A DNA stretch of 62,847 nucleotides, filler included, from Reclinomonas americana ATCC 50394 (taxonomy: Eukaryota): NCBI GenBank assembly GCA_048213135.1. It is 14 parts of 14 records of this genome, joined end to end, with 100 filler letters (N's around TTAATTAATTAA, not from the genome) between each part and the next. Parts side by side here need not be neighbours in the genome. Positions count along the whole stretch, not along the records: positions 51,106 to 53,038 come from AFZH01020669.1; positions 53,139 to 55,322 come from AFZH01020670.1; positions 55,423 to 57,485 come from AFZH01020672.1; positions 57,586 to 59,503 come from AFZH01020673.1; positions 59,604 to 62,847 come from AFZH01020675.1; 9 more parts are not named here. The stretch is one strand, 5' to 3'. Position 1 is the stretch's first letter. Each line of letters begins with the position of its first letter. Both the position numbers and the translations under genes were made by a program. Positions 51,901 to 62,847 of the stretch are shown piece after piece. The notes under the pieces were generated by a model, which saw only the letters and a list, made by a program, of their open reading frames with translations, was not told the DNA's origin and searched no databases.

Positions 51901-52455
51901 GGGTCTTGGACAACCTTGACCTGCTGACTGTGATGGTAGTGTTGAGCTGCGGAACACGAAGTCGAGGACAATCCATAACTGTAGTGTCCTCTCCTTCAGT
52001 TCCTTGCTTCTGTAGGCTTCCTCTCTTACGAGAGCAAGCCACCTGGTTGGCACTTCCGTGGTGGTCGGTTGTGGTTGGGGTGCATCGCTGTCGGTGTTGA
52101 GTCGAGTAGAGGGTGCCACGTTAGTGACGGTGCTGTCCAGTGGTGGATTGGTGGTGGCAGTAGAGGACACTACAATTGGTTGTCGAGACTGATAAGTGTG
52201 GAGCAAGCTCAAATACGGAACTCTCTCCAAACGTAGTCAGGAGAGCAATTTCGCACCAAATTTGACCCAAATTTGGGTAAATCAGTACCTTCCTCTATCC
52301 TTTACCCTTGAACCGATGCGTGGGCGTGATCAGCGTCGTTTTCTACCCCTATTCCCTTGAGCGTGGAATCAGTAGTTTTCTGCATCCTTTACCCTTGCTT
52401 TACCCTTTTCCGGTGTCCGAAATTGCAGTCAGCAGGTCAAGGTTGTCCAGGACCC
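51901..52455. mobile_element. Candidate non-autonomous DNA transposon (MITE), 555 bp
   Basis: 30-bp terminal inverted repeats with one mismatch (gggtcttggacaaccttgacctgctgactg at 51901-51930; cagtcagcaggtcaaggttgtccaggaccc at 52426-52455). Flanked by an imperfect 8-bp direct repeat (ccccacac / ccgcacac). Confidence 0.6.
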
Positions 52456-52585
52456 CCGCACACTGCGCCCCTCCACACTTGAAGTTTAACTATCTCTGGC
52501 TCTCATGCGATGGCGACTCAGCCTGAGACTTTGTCCCGAGCAAAATTCGAACAAAACGGATTCCGTTTGTGCTGCGAGACAAGAA

Positions 52586-52764
52586 ATGGCCGATGGAGTC
52601 GAGTTGCAGCGGCGGATGAGCTTGCTCACGCCTGCACAGCGCGAGTGCGTGTGCGCGCCCATGGGTCCAATGCTCATCGCAGCCGGTATGTTGTGTGTGT
52701 TGAATGAGAGCTGCGCGAGAAGAAGAGTGTGAGAGAGAGAGAGAGAGGGAGGGAGGGGGCGAGG

Positions 52765-52803
<39 letters not shown>

Positions 52804-53142
52804 GCGTGCCAAAGGGAGAGAGAGAGAGCGCGCGCGCGGCATGTGTCTAGATCTGTCTTTGTGTGACGAAGAGTGATTGCGTCAGTGCGCAGCAGTATCT
52901 CACACGCATGGATTCAGTCTCTCTCTCTCTCACACACACACTTCCTCTCCTCCTCCTCCTTCTCTCTCTCTTTGCGCGTATGAGAGCGTGTGAGCATGTG
53001 AGCGTGTGTGCGTGCGTGTGTGCGTGGGGGAGAATCTANNNNNNNNNNNNNNNNNNNNNNNNNNNNNNNNNNNNNNNNNNNNTTAATTAATTAANNNNNN
53101 NNNNNNNNNNNNNNNNNNNNNNNNNNNNNNNNNNNNNNGCAC

Positions 53143-53185
<43 letters not shown>

Positions 53186-55885
53186 GTGTGTGCCTGTTTG
53201 TCAGAGAACGCAGTTTGTATGCCTCTTCGAACACCCTTTGTCCAGAGAGAGGCAGAGAAAGGCTACTACTCGATTTGTCATATGTGTCGGCTTTGCCTCC
53301 GATGCGTGCCAAGAGTTCACAAGCCTGCAGCCATTAATTTGGCGGGGTAGTGATTCAGCTCTTTTCTACTCCTCATCCTTGGGTTCGTGGTGCCACTGGG
53401 AAGAGGAAACATAACCGAGAGTGGGCAAGAGAGAGGCTACTTATCACTTGCATGCGTAAATTAGAGGCGAGGTTGCGCACGTCTCTCTTTTCCTCTCTCA
53501 CTTTCCCTTTTCGTGCAGCCATGGAGATGCGAAACCGCCTTTCCATTCTTGTCGGCAAGGCCATGCTGAACCGCATGCAGATCTCCACATTCCATGCCAT
53601 GTGCGTGCAGCTCCTGCATCGCTACGGCGAAGCCATTGGTCGTTGCGTGTGGCATGCGCAGCTGGTTCTCACGTTGATGTGCTCTGCTTACCGCCTCTCG
53701 ACGTGCAGTGGCTAGCCATTTTATGGTTATCGACTCAAAAGCGCAAATCAAGGCGATGGGTGAAGTGCTGCAGCAAGAGAAGCGTGCTCTGCGCCAAGAT
53801 TGCCCGAACGCGGCCGCCCACTATGTGAGCCTTATCAGCTGGACGCGCAACTGCCCGGGCGTTCCGTATGCGATGAACTCCAAGTTCAGAAATCAGAACA
53901 TGGCGGACTTTCACCGCGTCGAGAAAGCCTACGAGGCCTACAAGCGCGAGCATAACATGGTCGACTTTGACGACATGCTGTGTCTGGCGCTGGAGTGCTT
54001 CAAGGCTCGACCGTCGATGTTGCGTACCGAGACTGTTATAGTGTTGTAGGAGAGGACACAATCGTCAGTGTGTCCTCGACTTGGTGTTCGCCACTCTCCT
54101 CTCTCTCTCCCCCAAGAATTGCGCTGATTTCTTCACCGTACAGTTCGGACGCTGTCGGGCGACGCTGGCGCATGGTCTTGGTGGACGAATGGCAGGATGT
54201 GAGTTTCTGTGGTCGCGTGTCCTGCGCGCAGATGTTTGCTGATGTACAATGAGTGCAGACCAATCGTGTGCAATACGACCTGACCACCAAACTCGTGGAG
54301 AAGCACGGCAATCTCGTGGTGGTCGGAGATGAGCAGGTCTGCTGTATGTCTCCTACGTTTTTTTTGGTCCGAGCAGTAGTGCTTGAGAAACTCACTTTCA
54401 TGGTCACCAGCAATGCATCTATTCGTTCCGCGGGAGCGTGTTCACCAACATGCGCGACTTCCTTTCGCATCCTATTTTCGAGGGCCGTCTCCAGTACCAC
54501 AAGCTGGAGGAGAACTTCCGCTCATCGGCCGACTGTGTGGCTTTTAGCTCACGGGTGATTTTGCAGGCCCAGAACCGCCTGGTTGGTTATTCTGCTGCTG
54601 CTGCTGCTCCGTGAGGATGAATGGATTTGTGTTATTTGTTGTTTACGCTTGCTGCTGAACAGGACAAGGCTTTGTTCACGCGGAACGAGCGTTGTGCGCC
54701 AGTGTCGATTGTCGAAGCGCCCGATTCTGGTGCGCATTTTTCGGATTGCATCTTTTTGTGTGTGTGTGTGCGCGAGATACTGTTCTGTGTGCTTTCTGTC
54801 TCTCTGAATCGCAGGTTGTTCCTGAATCCTCTGTATGCACGATTTAGTCGTCTTTTTAGCTTTCTTCCTGTCACACTCAGCTCCTCCAGCTCTCCTTCGA
54901 TGTTCTTCTGAGTCAGGCCATGTGGTGTCTCTCTTCGTGTACGACTTCAGAGAGACCCGATGATCAACAAGGTGGCTTGCTCTCCGAACAGAGGAAGCCA
55001 ACAGAAGCGAGCCGATAAGGAGAGCCTCAACTTAGTGTTCGCTACTCTCCTCTTTCCCAGTCGTTGCAGCTTTGTTGCGACAGTCTCTTCCTCTTCTGTT
55101 CTGTGCAAATACTTACGAGCACGCCGCAAGTCGCTCCTGCCTTACTGCCTGTTCCTGTTTCCTACGATTTCTTCAATCCATATCTCTCGTTCGCTGATAG
55201 CCCTTGATGTATGAATGCGCGATCTCTTGTCGCTTGCTTTTTTCGCACCATTCCCTCTCATTTTCACCCTTTGATCTCTTCACCCCTTTCATTCTTTTCT
55301 AGGTACCCTGGCTGCGTGTTTCNNNNNNNNNNNNNNNNNNNNNNNNNNNNNNNNNNNNNNNNNNNNTTAATTAATTAANNNNNNNNNNNNNNNNNNNNNN
55401 NNNNNNNNNNNNNNNNNNNNNNGTGTGTGTGTGTGTGTAGCGCAGTGTCGGAGAGATTTTTGTGGTTTGCGTCTCAACTCGGTCACAACAATAGGCTGCG
55501 AGTGGCCGGTGTGCTTTGCGACTGGCGTGTCGGAGAACATGCTGCCCATGTTTTATGGCGATGTTGAGGAGGAGCGACGCGTGTTGTACGTCGGGTTCGT
55601 GCGTCGATTGCGCATGTGTGCGTGATTCACTGGTGTTAACTCTCATCATCGCTTTGCTGCAGATTGACGCGCGCGCAAATCCTACTGCAGGTCTCGTATC
55701 TGGAGCAGCAGCAAGGCTTCCGCCAGCTGACGCGTTCGCGCTACCTTAACACGGTGGTCGGATCATTCGACCTCAACTGGCGCAGTGAATCGCTCTCGGA
55801 CTTGGCGACAAATGGATCCATTGACTGGGATGCTGCGTCTCGTGTGCTGCATCGCCGCAGTGGTCTGTTTGTCGGAAGCGATTCT

Positions 55886-55925
<40 letters not shown>

Positions 55926-56636
55926 AAACAGCTGCTATTTCCATGACTGCTGCTGCTGCTTCGCAGAGAGGTGTCAAGGCCGAGTCGATGCACATTTCGA
56001 TGGATGTGAGTGGAGTGTTTTTTCGAGGGCTTGCTGTCTCCGACACGAGGTCTTGACCTCCTCATCGCTCATGCTTGTCATTAGGCTCCGCCTCCGGCAG
56101 GCCGCCCGTTGAAAGAAGAGCCCGCCGCCATCGCCTCGGCGACTGCCGCTATTTCCATGACGATCGACTCTGTCGGTGCCGGTGCTGCTGCTGCTGCTGC
56201 TTCGCAGAGTGGTGTCAGGGCCGAATCGATGCACATTTCGATTGCTGTGAGTGGAGTGTTTTGAAATGTCGTGCTGTCTCCGAAGCGAGGTCTTGACCCC
56301 CTCGTTGCGTAGGCTCCGCCTCTGGCAGGCCGCCCGTTGAAGGAAGAGCCAGCGGCCTTGGCGGCCGGATTCTTCGTGATGAACGGTGGTCACCTGGATG
56401 GCAGGACGTGGTCTGACAGCGGCTCCGGCTCTGGCTCCAGTCCGGAGATGGTGCAGGATTCGCAGGAGATCGGAACTCCTGTCTTCACCGGCAAGCGTGA
56501 CCGTTTTCCTGTCACGGGCACATTGAAGGCGGAGGAAGCGGAGAAGGAGGAGATTGACGCGGAACAGCCGCCGCTGAAGAGGCGCTTGAGGAGCTCGAGT
56601 CGCTCGCCTGCGCAGGTACCGGCGGCGCACACGTGA
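52586..56636 (+). CDS. UvrD/PcrA/Srs2-family SF1A DNA helicase, multi-exon, spans two gaps
   Basis: LTPAQRECV..GPMLIAAG, ISTFHAMC, VDFDDML, VLVDEWQDTN, VVGDEQQCIYSFRG, LEENFRS, GCEWPVCF, EEERRVLYVGLTRA in the expected order. The Walker A exon presumably falls in the gap at 53039-53138. Confidence 0.92.
55932..56352 (+). repeat. Tandem duplication of an exon-intron-exon unit in the helicase C-terminal tail
   Basis: Introns 56006-56084 and 56247-56312 are homologous, and both are flanked by AESMHIS..|APP.AGRPLKEEPAA. Confidence 0.85.
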
Positions 56637-56724
56637 AGACGGTTGACGCGCTTACGCATACAGATTGACATTGTTGTGTTGTGCAAAGCAGAATGAATGC
56701 TGACAGTTGATGTTGTGGCCATTG

Positions 56725-57230
56725 CTGCCTGAATTCTTCACAGCCAACTGTGTTTCTTCGTACTTGTTCCATGCGTTTCTCTCTCGCCTGCAATGACGAT
56801 CGTGGCGCAGCGCGTTCGATACCGATTTTGATCTTGAGTTGCAGTTGCTGCTTGAATTCTTCACAGCCAACTGTGCTTCTTCGTACCATGCCAGTCTCTG
56901 TCTCTCCTGCACCGGTGATCAATGCATATGCCCACGCAGCGAGTTCGGAATCGATATCAATACCGATGTATCTTGAAGTTGCGGCCGTTGCTGCCTCCAG
57001 CCTCCACAGCCTACTGCGCTCCTAGTCTCTATCTCTCCTGATCACTACACAGCTGCACCGGTGATCACTGCCCGCAGCAAGCGCGTTCGAATTCGATCGC
57101 GAATTCGATATCAATACCGACGTATCTTGAAGTTGTGGCCGTTGCTGCCTCCATTCTTCACAGCTCATTGTGCCCCTCATACAACACAATACTTCTATCT
57201 GTCTCTCCTGATCACGGTACAGCTGCTAAG
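56725..57230. repeat. Imperfect intergenic direct repeats (~125-155 bp spacing)
   Basis: gaattcttcacagccaactgtg(t/c)ttcttcgtac at ~56731 and ~56854; atatcaataccga(t/c)gtatcttgaagttg(c/t)ggccgttgctgcctcca at ~56954 and ~57108. Confidence 0.75.
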
Positions 57231-57341
57231 CGAAGTCCCTATCTTGAGAATTTTCAAGTTGTCAGTCTCACACGTGGATCGATCGCGCGCGAAACACTCC
57301 CTCCACCTGTGAGAAGGAGGGGCACACACACAAACACAGCA

Positions 57342-59120
57342 ATGGACATCCGCGTGCTCACTGAGCTCCCACTTCGCGCTCTCCAGCGCAAGCTCTTCAC
57401 CGCGCCTCAGTCACCCTCCAAGTCTTCCTCCTCTTCTTCCTCCTCCTCTTCCTCGTCCAGTGATGCGTGGTTGAGTGAGTGCAGTNNNNNNNNNNNNNNN
57501 NNNNNNNNNNNNNNNNNNNNNNNNNNNNNTTAATTAATTAANNNNNNNNNNNNNNNNNNNNNNNNNNNNNNNNNNNNNNNNNNNNTTGATCTCACAAAGG
57601 CTCTTACCTGTCACACTCTCTTGACAAGCTCATTAATCATTCTCGCTCTTCTCCTTCACTCGTACTCTCGTTGATCTTCTCTGTCTCTCACTCTCTATCA
57701 AGCTCATAGATCGCTCTCGCTGTTCTCCTTCACCACCCGCTTACTCTCAGTGCCTTCCCTCACTCGCACTCTCTCACTCACTCAGTGATCTCACAAAGGC
57801 TTCTCTGTCTCTCACTCTGTCTCTCACTCTCTGACAAGCTCATTGATCGCTCTCGCTCTTCTCCTTCACCGCCCGCTCACCGTCAGTGCCTTCCCTCACT
57901 CGCACTCTCCCTCACCGTGCTGGAACGATCTCATTGATCACTCTTGCTCTTCTTGTTCACCGCCCTCACCAGCTCGCGATATTACCCAGTCTTCACTTGA
58001 TCACCTCTCGCTTTCCCTTCCCTTCGCCCTCCTCGTCCGTCGCGGTTCCTCAGTCCCCGTCGCCCGCTCTTCGAACTCCTTCTCCAAATCACGTACTCCT
58101 TCTCACATCTCGCTCTCCTCTCCTCATTCGCAGCACCGCAAGGATCCCTCTCAACAACAACAACAGCAACAACAGCAGCGAGTGCGCATCGACGAGTTGT
58201 CCTTTATCGAGCTGGAGGGCATGCGGTTCGTACCCCACTCCTCTGTTCCCATCTTCTTTCACTTCGCTCACTTTGCGGATACAAAGTGGTGCGTCGCCTT
58301 CCGGTGGTAGCGGTGGCGGCGGCGGCTCCCCATCCAGCCGCGAAGAGGACGAAGAGGAGATCACCGACGTGCTGTGGATGTGCACGCGAGGGGCGTCGTC
58401 GCAGTGGAAGTCGGTGCCCGAGTACATTCTCTTGCTGGCGTTTGATTCGGGTCGCATCAAGGCGTTCTCCGAGGTGCGTAAGGTGTCGAAGTAAGGGGTA
58501 GACAGCGGCAGTCCTTGACGGCAACCCCGCCTCCTTCTCTCTGTTGTCTGCTTCTCTCGCACTCCCTATTATGACACTTCTCTGCCCGTTGCTTGCCTTC
58601 TCTCCATCCCTTGCCATCCTTTGTCTGTCTCTTCCTCCTGCTTTCCTTCGCATCCTCTGGCTACTTTCTCCATGCCATTCCCTTCATTGCGTCTTCATCG
58701 TCATCCCTCTCTCCTTTTCCTCTCTTCGTCATCCCTCTTCCCTCTCTCCCTCTCTCCTCCATGCACATGCTTCCCGATCCCGCAGGTCGACTGCGAGATC
58801 ATCATGAACGCGCGATTCCACCACGCTCCCATCACCCGCCTCAAACTGCGCGTCGGCCACGACCAGTCGTTGCGTGCCCTTCCTCACTTCTTCCCCTCTT
58901 CCTCCTCCTCCAACGCGAGAGCGCACGCGCAGTCGACCTGGAGAGGAGGAGATCATCATGCTGCATCGCGACAACACCGTAGTTTCCGTCACTCTGGGCG
59001 GCCTGCTGGCTCGCTTTCAGTTGGGTGGTTACTTCGACCAGGAGGACGACTTGCTGGATCCGTCGTTTGTGCGTATTGCGCATCTGGAGGACCAGACGGT
59101 GTTTGACATTTCGCGTTGCG
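57342..59120 (+). CDS. RAB3GAP2: Rab3 GTPase-activating protein non-catalytic subunit (Rab3GAP2)-like N-terminal region, partial
   Basis: EEEITDVLWM...YILLLAFDSGRIKAFSE...IIMNARFHHAPITRLKLR...EEEIIMLHRDNTVVSV follows the Rab3GAP2 N-terminal pattern. Recognised from memory only. Confidence 0.6.
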
Positions 59121-59677
59121 GTGAGTCTCGGTTGAGAGGGGGGGGGGGAGAGAAAGGGAGGGCAGCAGGCATTCTACTTCATCGAAATTCCGTGTGTGCC
59201 TGTTTTCTTGCAACCTTAAGTCACCGTTGTTCGCTCGTCGTCTCTCTGCATGCACAGACTCTTCCCTTTTTCATCTTCTCCTCTTTCCATCCCTCGATAT
59301 TCTGAAGACGTCTTCCCCCTGACCCATGTTTTCATCTTCTCCTCTCCCTTTCCCTTTCTTTCTCTCTCTCCCTCTCCTTTTCTCCTCTCAGTCGCCAATC
59401 CCTCGTTCCGTTCCTCTTTTGACTTTCTCCCTTTACTTCTCCCTTACCCTCGCCCTCTGTCGCTCACTTCCTCTTCTCTACTCTCGCTCGCCACTCCCTC
59501 GTTNNNNNNNNNNNNNNNNNNNNNNNNNNNNNNNNNNNNNNNNNNNNTTAATTAATTAANNNNNNNNNNNNNNNNNNNNNNNNNNNNNNNNNNNNNNNNN
59601 NNNTTTTGCGTGACAGCGTGTCCCGAGCCCAAGTGCGTCACCAAGCAACCACGCACCTCGCTTGTTTGTCTCTCTGA

Positions 59678-61687
59678 GTGCTGTGTGTCCAGGAACGAAA
59701 AAAGGTGCAAACTCAGATCGATGTGTACACGGAGATGGTCGAGGGCACTGGATTCAGTGGCGACGTTTGCAACTTGACGAGCCCGACTCTCATCACTGAA
59801 ATGTTGGTGGCCTTGGATTTGACTGCGAGAGATGCAAGTGCCTCAACTGATTGTGCTGTCGCCAACGTTCTCGCCATTGCCACGACATTCGTTGCCGACG
59901 ACAAGGTGGAAGAAGAGCATGCTCTGGCACCGCCTGCGACAGTGCAAGCAACAGCACAACCCAGGACTGGCAGTCGATCACCCTCGATCGCGAGCTCGTC
60001 TGCGTCGGTCAAGGGGAAGACGACATCGAGCTCTCGTTCACCAACCAAGACCGCAGCCGCTACGAAAACGCCGCCGAGTGTGCCGCCGCGCAGAGTTCCC
60101 ACGATCACGAGACCGATCACCGCTCCGTCGACGCGTCCAACTGCAAGGACGACAGCTGCCGGTGTTGGACGCAGTGCCGCCTCCAGTGCTGCGCATGCGC
60201 CAGTTCGCTCTGCGGAAAGGCGCCCGCGGCCGAGCAGTGCTGGTGGCGCAACTGCGTCGATGAGTGCCGCGAGCTCGAGGAAGCGAATCGAGCATGCGGT
60301 GAGCACGAAGCAGGAGACAACTCGTACTCACCATCGAGTTGCGCGACAGTGCCCGGGTGCTGCATCGCGATCGTGTCAATATTAATGGCTGAGTTTGCAC
60401 CTTTGCAGCCGTGGCACAAACCCGGAGACGACTTTGATGAAGCGCCGTGTACCCCGCTTACTCCAAACACTGTCATGGTCAGTGTGTACGTCTACGACGA
60501 AGGTCGCTGGATGAAGTTCTCAACATGTGCTTGTGCGCCGCAGTTTGAACTCGAGCCACATCGTGCGGCCACCGAGATCGTACCGCAGTTACCACTCGCA
60601 GCCTTGGAAGAAGAGAACCTGGAGGCGCAGTACTCTGAAGCCCTGCGAATGCGCATGCGTCTTTTGTTGGCGGCGGAAACAGGCAGCATGTCAGTTGAGC
60701 AGTGCGTAGCTTGTGTGGGCAGCATTTCGTCGTCTCATCTGCGGTCGCGCGTGTGTGTGTTCATGCATATATGCGAGTGTGGCAATAGGACTGGTACCTG
60801 CGGAAGCTGAAAGAGTCTCCGTTTTACGCAACTGTAAGCACCATGACGATCGACGATGTTCGCCGCGTGCTTGATGACCGCCAGCAGGCGAAGCGAACTC
60901 ACTCTCAAGCGACGTCTGCCGTGCAGTTGCGAGTTCGCCATCACATGCTGCGATTGTGCGCTTTGTCGATCGCGATCGCCAACCTGTTTCACACAGAGCC
61001 GGTCGTGACAGTGCTCAAGAGCAGACAGCTGCACGCGCAGTGGCGGTCTTAGGCGCTACGGGTGCTGATGTGGAGCTTGACTGTCACACGCCTCCTCGCG
61101 AGAGTGTGCACGATGCAGTAGCTGTTGCAAGAATCGCGATCGTTCGTGTTGACGAAGATCGCAAGACTGGCGACGCGGTTGACGAGCGCAAGGGAGAGGC
61201 GCCGACAATAATGGCACCTGCAGCTGAAACGGTAGGGGGCATCGTCGATACCGTCGAGGAGGATGCAGCAACAGACGGCCACGACTGTTCAGTGGACGAA
61301 TTGCAAGAGTTGAGTCTGACTTCGCTGAAATGCGTGTTGCGAGGCTCATTTTTTTCATGCAGGCAATATGAATCCTGCGGTGAGGCGGAGGAGGAGCAGG
61401 AACATGTAGCTTCGGAAGAGGACGACCACGTGTACGATGACGACGGGGAAGAGGATCAAGAAGATCCAGTCGCTCGCACTCAGCTTCTCGAGTCTCTTGT
61501 GGATGAGCTGCAGGCCTGCCTCGCTGAAGAGCGCGCCAAGGTTGCCGATTACGAAACCGCACTTAGCGAGCTCTACGAGAGGCTCCTCACGCAGGAGACC
61601 GAGTATCGCGCGCGCTTTGAGCAGCAAGAGGTGGAGCTCCTTAGGCTTCGCGCAGCAATGAGTGAGAGACTGTGCGAAGAAAACTAG
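59678..61687 (+). CDS. Hypothetical protein with Ser/Thr/Pro-rich region and C-terminal coiled coil, 5' partial
   Basis: Frames are joined by GT-AG introns (e.g. 60338-60408, 60926-60996). The C-terminus LVDELQACLAEERAKVADYETALSELYERLLTQETEYRARFEQQEVELLRLR has heptad character. Confidence 0.6.
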
Positions 61688-62014
61688 CGTGCGCAGCGAC
61701 TCAACAACAACAAAACACTTCATTCACCGCATTGCAATAACGCGACAAATCCCTTGCCGACAATGACCTTGTATGTTAGTTTTGTCGCGAAGTGGTTTGT
61801 TTTGTTTTTGTGTTCGCTAAAATATAAGATGTGGATTGCGACATCGATATCGATGCAGTGCAGTGTATCGGATCGTATGTTGCATTCAACTAGCGGCAGG
61901 CAACCTGGGTCGCTCGACCCCCCCTCTCCTCCCTCCACAGCACAGAACGACGCTCGTTGTCTCGCATGAACTTCGTTCGTCCCATGGCGTGTCCTCTTGC
62001 AAACACACCCCAAA

Positions 62015-62728
62015 ATGGCAGCAGAGCAAGAGTTGACGTTTGCCAGTTGCGTCTCTCTCTTCCTCTCTCTCTCCACCTACAGCACTCCACACTCCACACC
62101 CGCCACCGCACTCACCACCACTCACAAACGTGGAGGTTGTCTCGCACATGGCCTGCACATTTCCACACTTGTCTCTCTCTCTCTCTGCCTCTCTCATTGT
62201 GCGTGAGTCTCACACACACACTCACTGTGCATTACACATACACACAGCGCGTAGCAAGAGCGGCTTCCAGCTCTTTCATGGCGTGCCCGAGTTCAAGTCC
62301 AACCCAGACAGCGAGTTGCGCTCACACTCACTCACATGACACACTCTTCTCTACTCACTCACCCACTCTCACTCACACACTACAGAGCCCGCGAATGCAC
62401 TCAATTTGTGTGCTCGGATGCCGGACAGCGCACCGCAATTTCGGCGCGCGGTGCCGCCGGTGTCACCGTGCTGAATGCGCTCACTGAGGAGGTGGTGCAG
62501 CTGTTGCCGGAGCCCGATGTGCAAGGTCGAATTTCCCATGAATGCGCAGTGACCGATTGATGCTGACTTTTTCTCTCCGTGGTCAGCCATGTGCTTCTCA
62601 CCAAAGGGCAACTACTTGACGACATGGCGACGTGTGCCACGACAGGGCGACGAGGAGAATGTGGCGCTGTGGGACTTGTCGACGGGCGAGGCGATTAAGC
62701 GATTGCGGTTGTTGGATTTGGCGCCGTG
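62015..62728 (+). CDS. EIF2A: Eukaryotic translation initiation factor eIF2A, first four exons (62015-62045, 62248-62314, 62386-62525, 62587-62728); runs off window
   Basis: Spliced MAAEQELTFATRSKSGFQLFHGVPEF...ECTQFVCSDAG...AMCFSPKGNYLTTW...ENVALWDLSTGEAIK...W matches the eIF2A N-terminal propeller pattern. Confidence 0.75.
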
Positions 62729-62847
62729 GTGAGTCGACTGGAGAAGGGCAAGGAGAAGGGGAAGGGTGGATGCTGCGATTGGTTCCTTCTGTTCGTCACG
62801 AGCTGTTCGGTGTGCTTCGTTCCCCGATCGCTTGTACGCTGTTGCCG

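Noticed and set aside
51690..51905. ELM2-like peptide RVGKDFQAAI on the minus strand
   Set aside because: A single short motif at the edge of the candidate MITE, with no coherent gene model or SANT domain; may be chance or a remnant.

Overview
This is intron-rich eukaryotic DNA, most likely a protist draft scaffold. It is broken by 13 artificial 100-bp spacers (44 N + TTAATTAATTAA + 44 N), with TACG-type sequencing noise at several contig ends. About 28 kb (minus strand, ~29121 down to ~1464) appears to be one giant membrane-protein gene: at least 51 cadherin-like repeats, each on its own ~285-nt phase-1 exon, then a REJ domain, a GPS autoproteolysis motif (HL|TDF) and five polycystin-1-like TM segments, with no PLAT or channel domain visible. 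The rest holds recognisable spliced genes (Phi-1/EXORDIUM-like, WD40-like, RPB4-like, TAF2, a Crinkler-type NTPase+REase, UvrD/Srs2-like helicase, Rab3GAP2-like, eIF2A), tandem CaaX-protein paralogs and a candidate MITE. The most unusual signal came from reconstructing introns by hand: about 27 donors read N|GTTGCG(T), always after a non-G exon end. This is a one-nucleotide-shifted version of the usual G|GTGCGT donor, suggesting routine use of a shifted 5' splice-site register. All gene models and family calls are manual and rest on motif recognition, not database searches.
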